This document shows, piece by piece, positions 57,674-64,000 of a stretch of DNA of 64,000 nt. The notes below the pieces were generated by a model. It was not told the origin of the DNA. It did no database searches and was given only the letters and a program-made list of their open reading frames with translations. Positions within the stretch are counted from its first letter, which is position 1. Every line of letters starts with the position of its first letter. Source of the stretch: an uncultured Clostridia bacterium (GTDB lineage: Bacteria; Bacillota; Clostridia; TANB77; CAG-508). The translations under genes and the position numbers were made by a program. The stretch covers positions 43,559-107,558 of the forward strand of contig CALXWP010000007.1 in NCBI GenBank assembly GCA_944392455.1. The letters are read 5' to 3'.

Positions 57674-57895
57674 CTATTTTTTATTCATAATTTTTCTTTT
57701 TATACTATCTTTAACTTTTCTTTTTCCATGAGGAATCAAATCAATTTTATAATATTCTGCAATAAGCATATCTAATTCTGTACTTAGTTTATATGTTACT
57801 TCGTAATCTTGTCCATTTATTATGCTATTATTTAATTTTTCTCTTAACTTACAAATTTCATCATTTAACATAAAACCACTCTCCTTTTCTTGCAT
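57674..57895 (-). CDS. Spo0E-family sporulation regulatory aspartyl-phosphate phosphatase
   Basis: 73 aa. ICKLREKLNN...YEVTYKLSTELDMLIAEYYK matches the Spo0E-like helical hairpin signature. Confidence 0.55.
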   Translation of the reverse strand: MQEKESGFMLNDEICKLREKLNNSIINGQDYEVTYKLSTELDMLIAEYYKIDLIPHGKRKVKDSIKRKIMNKK

Positions 57896-58019
57896 TTTTT
57901 CTTTTGTATATTAAAAAAATAACATATTTTTATTCACTAGTCAATTATTTTTTGTTGGTTTTAAGCGGTTTTTATCAGTTTTCGTGCTACTTAATTCGAC
58001 ATTTTTCTACATTGTTATC

Positions 58020-59303
58020 TTACTGTTTACACTTTATTACAGACATCACCATATTATCTTTTTTAAAGACATTTTTTAAAACTTGTTCTGTGTAATCTTT
58101 TGTAACTTCACTATATTTATCTATATAGTCAAAACTATTTATATTCTTCATACTATCAGCCAAAAACATTCTCGCTATATCTCCAACTCCATTATATTCG
58201 GCCACATAATCTCCATATATTTTTTTCTTTATTCTATTAAAATGCTCTTCTTTTAAACCTTCTTTTTTATATTTTTCTACTACTTCTTCTATTTTTTCTT
58301 TTATTTTATCTGGATTTTTAGATTGTCCTGATATCAATATATGTGCATATTCTTCTGCAAATTCATAGTCCATATCTGGAACAGTTAATAAATCACCATT
58401 CTCGTATAATTCCTTATATATGTCTGAGCTTTTTCCTATTATCATATTTAATAGGATTTCAATTGAAATATGTTTTTTTACTATTTCTTCACTATTATTC
58501 ATCACATTGTCATCTTTATATCCTATTGCAAATATTGGTAAACTAACTTCCATTTCATCTTCTTTATATTCTTTGTTAATTCCAATTTCTTTTGCAGGAT
58601 ATATTCTTTTTATTTCTCCCTGTTCTTCCTTTTCTATTAACCTGCTTTTTATATCATTTAATATTTCATTTGGTTCAAAATCTCCACAAACTACTAAGAT
58701 CATGTTAGATGGATTATAGAACGTATTATAGCACTTATACAAAATATCTGGTGTGATTTTGCTTATCGATTCTACACTTCCAGCAATATCTATTTTTATA
58801 GGATTTTCTTTATACATGCAATCTAGAGCATTCATGTATAACCTCCATCCTGGCTCATCATTATACATTTTAATCTCTTGAGCAATTATTCCTTTTTCTT
58901 TTTCTACATTTTCATCTGTAAAATATGGATGTTGAACATAATCCATAAGTTCATCTAGTCCTTCATAAAAGTTATTTGTACACTCAAACAAATATGCTGT
59001 ATGATTATTAGTTGTATAAGCATTAGCATCTAGACCTAAAGCCATTAAAGTATCTAAACTATTTGTTCCATCTGGTTGCTCAAACATTTTATGCTCTAAA
59101 AAGTGTGCAACACCGTCTGGTATAAATACTTCTTCTTTTGTATTTGGCATAATAAATCTATTATCTATTGATCCGAAATGAGTTCCCCATATAATATATT
59201 TCTTCTCCAAATTATGTTTTGGTATAATTATAACTTTCATACCATTTTCTAATTTTTCTATATATGCCTCTTCTTTTATTTGTGTACATTCTATTCTTTT
59301 CAT
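58020..59303 (-). CDS. M16 (pitrilysin/insulinase) family zinc peptidase, catalytic subunit
   Basis: 427 aa. HxxEH motif (HFLEHKMFE). Confidence 0.75.
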   Translation of the reverse strand: MKRIECTQIKEEAYIEKLENGMKVIIIPKHNLEKKYIIWGTHFGSIDNRFIMPNTKEEVFIPDGVAHFLEHKMFEQPDGTNSLDTLMALGLDANAYTTNNHTAYLFECTNNFYEGLDELMDYVQHPYFTDENVEKEKGIIAQEIKMYNDEPGWRLYMNALDCMYKENPIKIDIAGSVESISKITPDILYKCYNTFYNPSNMILVVCGDFEPNEILNDIKSRLIEKEEQGEIKRIYPAKEIGINKEYKEDEMEVSLPIFAIGYKDDNVMNNSEEIVKKHISIEILLNMIIGKSSDIYKELYENGDLLTVPDMDYEFAEEYAHILISGQSKNPDKIKEKIEEVVEKYKKEGLKEEHFNRIKKKIYGDYVAEYNGVGDIARMFLADSMKNINSFDYIDKYSEVTKDYTEQVLKNVFKKDNMVMSVIKCKQ

Positions 59304-59314
59304 TAAATTACCTC

Positions 59315-60592
59315 CTAATCTCTTAAGAAATATATTGTATTTATGCTAATGTTTTTTGCTACTTCTTCTATGTCTTCTCTAGTCACATTATTTATCTTTT
59401 TTATATAATCATCTATTGAAATAAAAGTATCTGATAATTCTTGTCCATAATAATAAGTTATTTCTGTATCTTGTTCTGATGTTATGCTTCTAATTGATTC
59501 AGAAATTAGTTGTTTTGCATTATTAATATCTTCCTCTGAAAACTTTCCTATAGATATATCTTCTAGTTGCTCTTTTATTGTATTTAATGCTTTTTCATAA
59601 TTCTTTATTTCTATTCCACATCTTATAAATATAACGTTTTTTTGTCTTCTATATGTTGATCCAGCTGTATATGCTAGGCTTTGTTTTTCTCTTACATTTT
59701 GGAACAATTTAGAATTAGCTCCTCCTCCTAATATTGCATTATATACAGATATAATAAATTTAGAATCTTCACCATTTACATTTATATTTAATCCTAAAAC
59801 TAAATTTCCTTGACCAACTTGCATATGCTCTTCTACTACTTGTGTTTCTTTTAAATCTATTTTTATTGTTTTTTCGCTATTTTGCACATAGATTGCTTGT
59901 CTTTGACTTAGACTCCTTATTATTTCGTTTTCTTTTATAATATCAAATATGCTATCATCCTCTAATTTACCTGAAGCATATATATCAATTTTTGAATTTT
60001 TTATTAATTCTACATAGTGTGTATATAAATTCTGCGGAGTAATACTGTTTAAATCTTTTGTATATCCATATTTGTATAATCCATATGGTTGGTCTTTAAA
60101 CATTTCCTCTATACATCTTTCAAAAGAATATACTCTTTTATTATCTATTTTTGATTCTATTATTTGTTTTAAGTTATTTTTTTCACTTTCAACATATTCT
60201 TGCTTAAATCCATCATTTTCTATTAATGGGTTAAATATTAAATCAAATAAAATGTTTAGACTTTTCTTTGTTAATTCTTCTTTTTCTGGTAAAAATTCTT
60301 CATTAATTGTTTCTAAATAGAATTTTATAACTTGATTATCACCTGTTTTTTCAATGCCACAATCAAATGTTGCGCCATACATTTCTTCTAACTTTTTACT
60401 AATTAAGTCCTGGGATGGAATATTTTTACTTCCTCTTCTAAGTATTGCTGCTATTAAAGCATTTTTAGTTACATTTTCCCTTTTTAATGGTGTTGCTATA
60501 AATACAGAAAATAAATTTGTTTTAAATTTATTTGTATTAATTTTATGAATAGTAACTCCTTGTTTTACTTCATTCTTTATATAACTCATCAT
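59315..60592 (-). CDS. M16-family peptidase-like protein, non-catalytic partner
   Basis: 425 aa. M16 fold-length paralog without HxxEH. Adjacent to the catalytic subunit. Confidence 0.65.
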   Translation of the reverse strand: MMSYIKNEVKQGVTIHKINTNKFKTNLFSVFIATPLKRENVTKNALIAAILRRGSKNIPSQDLISKKLEEMYGATFDCGIEKTGDNQVIKFYLETINEEFLPEKEELTKKSLNILFDLIFNPLIENDGFKQEYVESEKNNLKQIIESKIDNKRVYSFERCIEEMFKDQPYGLYKYGYTKDLNSITPQNLYTHYVELIKNSKIDIYASGKLEDDSIFDIIKENEIIRSLSQRQAIYVQNSEKTIKIDLKETQVVEEHMQVGQGNLVLGLNINVNGEDSKFIISVYNAILGGGANSKLFQNVREKQSLAYTAGSTYRRQKNVIFIRCGIEIKNYEKALNTIKEQLEDISIGKFSEEDINNAKQLISESIRSITSEQDTEITYYYGQELSDTFISIDDYIKKINNVTREDIEEVAKNISINTIYFLRD

Positions 60593-60651
60593 AATCTCCT
60601 TTCTAAAATATATCTTTGTTTATTTTTTCTATTTTTTTTAATTTTATGCTT

Positions 60652-62145
60652 CTAATATCCAATTTTATATATATCATATTCTCCAATTTCTCCAATTATT
60701 TCATAATTGTCTCTTACATAATTTATAACCTCTGTCACCTCTTGAAATTTTGGACTATCTTTGGATATTAGTATATTTGTATTTTTCATATTGCTTATTT
60801 CTTTAATTAATTTTTCTTTACCATCATATCCTAAATTTCCATAAAATGGTAAATCGATATCTCCATTATTTCTTTTTAAAATGTTATTATATAAATTAGC
60901 ATCACAAGACAATATCTTTACATCTATCTCTTTTGCTTCTTCTTCTTTTATATATTGTATAATTAAATCTATCTCTTCTTTATTTTCTATTATCGCTCCA
61001 TAGTATGGTTCATATATATTATTTAAAGATGTCACATATAAATAGTTATTTAAAACTGAATATATTGTTACATATAATATACTACATACTAAAAATAAAT
61101 TTTTTAATAAATCTATAGCTTTGTGTATTTTTTTGTTTTCTATTTTTAACCATATTTTTTTAATAATTTTATCGATCAAATATATTATCAATAATAAAGG
61201 TATAAAACTTGAGATTAATATATGTCCTTTATTAAAAATTGGATAAGCATTTAACAAAATTAAAATGGAAAAAGTTGCCAAGACAAACATTATATTTTTA
61301 TCTTTTATGTCTTCGTTTTTCTTACTTAGCAATGTGCTCAAGAAAATATTTATTGATAATATTAGCTCCACAGAATATAAATAAATATAATTGTCAAAAT
61401 AAATATTTCTATTAAATTCTAATAATCCTAATATAGTATAATTTACAAAATTGTATAAATTATTGTTTAACATTAAGTATATACAGAATATCAAGAATAA
61501 AACAATAAATACACCAATGGTTTTTATATTTGTTATTATTCTAGTTTTTATATCTTTATTACTAAATAAATTGTAGATAACAATTCCTATGCAATAAAAT
61601 ACTCCTATTGTTTGCTTTGTCATAAATATCAAGAAAATAATTATTCCTTGTGTTAGCGGATTATTGTATTTATTTTTCAAAATCAATAAAATTCCTATTA
61701 GTACAAATACTATTGCTAATTTATTGTAATTTGCTCCAACTAATATTATTTTACAAGTTATAAAAAATATAATAAATAAGTATATTGTAGCATTTTTTCT
61801 TTTTATTCCAATTTCTCTTAAGATTTTATATGATAGAAAATATATAGCTGTGTATATTATTAAATTATATATTCTAAAAGTTAAATAATTTGCACTTAAT
61901 ATTTTGAATAAAATTTCCCCTATATAAAAGAATAGAGGAGTTAATATTACATTACAATCCTTATATATAGTCTCTCCATTTGTCATTTTATATATATTAG
62001 AAAAATTCCATAATTCATCTCCTATATTTAATTGGATATAAAAAGTAAATATAGATACTGCAATTACTATTACTATTATTATTAGATTTTCATTTTTTAA
62101 AAATTTTTTTATTCTATTTTCTTTCATATTTCCCCTATATCTCAA
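60652..62145 (-). CDS. Polytopic membrane glycosyltransferase (GT-C fold, ArnT/PMT-like)
   Basis: 497 aa. About 12 predicted TM helices. DE motif in the first loop (NIGDELWNF). Soluble C-terminal domain. Confidence 0.45.
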   Translation of the reverse strand: MRYRGNMKENRIKKFLKNENLIIIVIVIAVSIFTFYIQLNIGDELWNFSNIYKMTNGETIYKDCNVILTPLFFYIGEILFKILSANYLTFRIYNLIIYTAIYFLSYKILREIGIKRKNATIYLFIIFFITCKIILVGANYNKLAIVFVLIGILLILKNKYNNPLTQGIIIFLIFMTKQTIGVFYCIGIVIYNLFSNKDIKTRIITNIKTIGVFIVLFLIFCIYLMLNNNLYNFVNYTILGLLEFNRNIYFDNYIYLYSVELILSINIFLSTLLSKKNEDIKDKNIMFVLATFSILILLNAYPIFNKGHILISSFIPLLLIIYLIDKIIKKIWLKIENKKIHKAIDLLKNLFLVCSILYVTIYSVLNNYLYVTSLNNIYEPYYGAIIENKEEIDLIIQYIKEEEAKEIDVKILSCDANLYNNILKRNNGDIDLPFYGNLGYDGKEKLIKEISNMKNTNILISKDSPKFQEVTEVINYVRDNYEIIGEIGEYDIYKIGY

Positions 62146-62190
62146 AAAACTGAAAACTAGATTCTCTAATTTTCAGTTTTATTATATATT

Positions 62191-62361
62191 CTAAAATTTT
62201 CTTTTTCTTGCTGCTTCTGATTTTTTCTTTCTTTTTACACTAGGCTTTTCATAGTGTTCTCTTTTTCTAACTTCTTGCAATACTCCATTTCTTGCACATT
62301 GTCTTTTAAATCTTTTTAAAGCATCTTCTATATTTCCATTATTAACTTTTACCTCTGACAT
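62191..62361 (-). CDS. rpsU: 30S ribosomal protein S21
   Basis: Not in the ORF track (56 aa). [59 protein letters not shown] ggaggg. Confidence 0.85.
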   Translation of the reverse strand: MSEVKVNNGNIEDALKRFKRQCARNGVLQEVRKREHYEKPSVKRKKKSEAARKRKF

Positions 62362-62512
62362 TTTATTCCCCTCCTTCCAGTATTACACCTTTAAGTGTTC
62401 AGTATGGGATTTCATCTTGTTCTCTATTATGAACAAACAATATTATATATTAAACACTTTAATTTTGTCAATACTGGATTTAAGGTTTTGACAAATTTAT
62501 CCAAATTTTTCT

Positions 62513-63544
62513 TTATACTATTAAGTATTCCCCCGCATAGATTAAATTAGGATTTTTTATTTTATTTATTTCGACCAAATAATTAACTGTTGTATTAAAC
62601 TTCAAGGCTATTTCTGAAAGTGTATCCCCTATTTTAATTTTATATTCTTTTGTTTTTCTATTATTATAGTTATGAGATATTACAATTATTTCACCCGTAT
62701 ATATTAAGTTTGGATTTTTGATACTATTTATGGCTGCTAAATGTCCAACTGTTGTATTAAACTTTAACGCTATTTCTGATAATGTATCCCCTCTTCTTAC
62801 TTTATATAATATTCTATCTTCTTTATTTACTTTAGGATCTTCTACATGATTGATAGCATCATTAGAATTAAGTAAAATATCTTCCGTGTATCTATCTAAA
62901 TCCACATTACCATTTATACCACTTATTCTCCCAGATGAACTGTATTGAAATCCTTCCCAATAATTCCAGTTTCCATTATCTTGAGGTTCTTCAACCCCAT
63001 ACTGAGCTACCCACAATGGGTATTTAGCTACTTCCCTAGAAAAAACATATCTTGCATCATATGTATTACTATATACTATTACTTCTTTTTGAGATATTCT
63101 TTCAACCTCTTCTGCAAATGCAACAGCAATTCTATTTATTTCTGAATTTGATAAGTTACCAAATGATTCAAAATCCATTGCTAATTTACAATCAATTTCT
63201 TTTCCTGATACTAAAGACACAAAGAATCTTGCTTGTTGTCTAGCTTCTTCCTCAGTTCTTGCAGTAACATAATGATATGCTCCTACTTTTAGCCCATTTC
63301 TTTTTGCTTCTTCATAATTTTCTTCAAACTTTGAATCTTCATAACTAAACCCTTGCCCTGCTCTTATATATACTATTTCTATTCCTGCTTCTTTCACTTC
63401 TCTAAATTTTATATCTCCTTGCCATTCACTAATATCTATTCCTCTGTATATTGTATTACTAGATGGTTCTATTGCAAATACTGGTATCATCCATATCAGA
63501 ACTATACTAAAGACCAAAATCATGCTAATAATTTTTTTACTCAT
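62513..63544 (-). CDS. GH25 muramidase (lysozyme) with two C-terminal LysM domains
   Basis: 343 aa. Signal peptide, GH25 block GIDISEWQGDI, two LysM repeats (YKVRRGDTLSEIALKFNTTV..., YKIKIGDTLSEIALKFNTTV...). Confidence 0.8.
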   Translation of the reverse strand: MSKKIISMILVFSIVLIWMIPVFAIEPSSNTIYRGIDISEWQGDIKFREVKEAGIEIVYIRAGQGFSYEDSKFEENYEEAKRNGLKVGAYHYVTARTEEEARQQARFFVSLVSGKEIDCKLAMDFESFGNLSNSEINRIAVAFAEEVERISQKEVIVYSNTYDARYVFSREVAKYPLWVAQYGVEEPQDNGNWNYWEGFQYSSSGRISGINGNVDLDRYTEDILLNSNDAINHVEDPKVNKEDRILYKVRRGDTLSEIALKFNTTVGHLAAINSIKNPNLIYTGEIIVISHNYNNRKTKEYKIKIGDTLSEIALKFNTTVNYLVEINKIKNPNLIYAGEYLIV

Positions 63545-63619
63545 AAAAAACTCCTTTCATCTTTTTTATATTTTATGAAAAGAGTTTTTATTTTGATATC
63601 ATATTTACTTATTTTAGTT

Positions 63620-64000
63620 TTATATTACTTCATAATCAATTAATTCAATTTTATTAGATATAAAATTAGAATTTGTATCTATATCTTTTATAAGATCTGT
63701 GCTTAAATATTTTTTATTATCATCAGCAAAAACTGTAACTATAGGTTTATTTATAATTTCTTGATAAACAATTCCTGCAATAAAGTTAGCTCCAGAAGAT
63801 ATTCCTACACCTATGCCTAAATCCTTTGCAATCTTTCTTGACATGTTTATAGCATCATCGTCATTTACTAATATTATTCTATCTATTAGATTTTTATCTA
63901 ACAAATCTGGTACAAAATCATCTCCTATACCTTCTATTTTATGATTTTCTATTATCTTATTTTGTGATATTAATGGCATTTTATCTGGTTCAAGTGCAAC
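63620..64000 (-). CDS. Cysteine synthase / O-acetylserine sulfhydrylase-like PLP enzyme, C-terminal fragment (truncated by window edge)
   Basis: The ORF stays open to the window end. ALEPDKMPLIS...HKIEGIGDDFVPDLLD...GIGVGISSGANF matches the CysK/CysM C-terminal region. Confidence 0.55.
   Translation of the reverse strand, partial: VALEPDKMPLISQNKIIENHKIEGIGDDFVPDLLDKNLIDRIILVNDDDAINMSRKIAKDLGIGVGISSGANFIAGIVYQEIINKPIVTVFADDNKKYLSTDLIKDIDTNSNFISNKIELIDYEVI

Overview
This is an AT-rich (~27-30% GC) Firmicutes/Clostridia-type chromosomal window. It mixes housekeeping genes with several accessory blocks.

Housekeeping genes include lepB, holB, yaaT/ricT, a small ferredoxin, lgt, a four-subunit 2-oxoacid:ferredoxin oxidoreductase operon (porGDAB order), a WalRK-like two-component system, cdd, dacB-like, an M16 peptidase pair, rpsU, a GH25-LysM lysozyme and a partial cysK-like gene. 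A tRNA-Gly/tRNA-Cys/tRNA-Cys cluster sits on the minus strand.

Accessory content:
- A cyclic beta-1,2-glucan synthase (Cgs/NdvB-like) split into two overlapping ORFs.
- Two tandem paralogous giant surface proteins of 1947 and 1444 aa. Each has an N-terminal putative thioester (TED-like) domain followed by DUF11-like repeats, and they share long identical DNA stretches.
- A REC-GGDEF protein with a non-canonical GGDDF motif.
- A ~16 kb type IV secretion (T4SS)-like module at 41.3-57.0 kb. It has three tandem VirB2/TrbC-like pilin paralogs, a VirB3/TcpE-like protein, a VirB4 ATPase, a VirB6-like polytopic protein and a 1254-aa tri-domain peptidoglycan hydrolase (M23 + lysozyme-like + M15). No coupling protein, relaxase or integrase is visible in the window.
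- Three short ORFs with clearly higher GC. Each sits in its own consensus promoter / strong RBS / intrinsic terminator cassette.

All function calls come from motif recognition in the translated ORFs. No database search was run.
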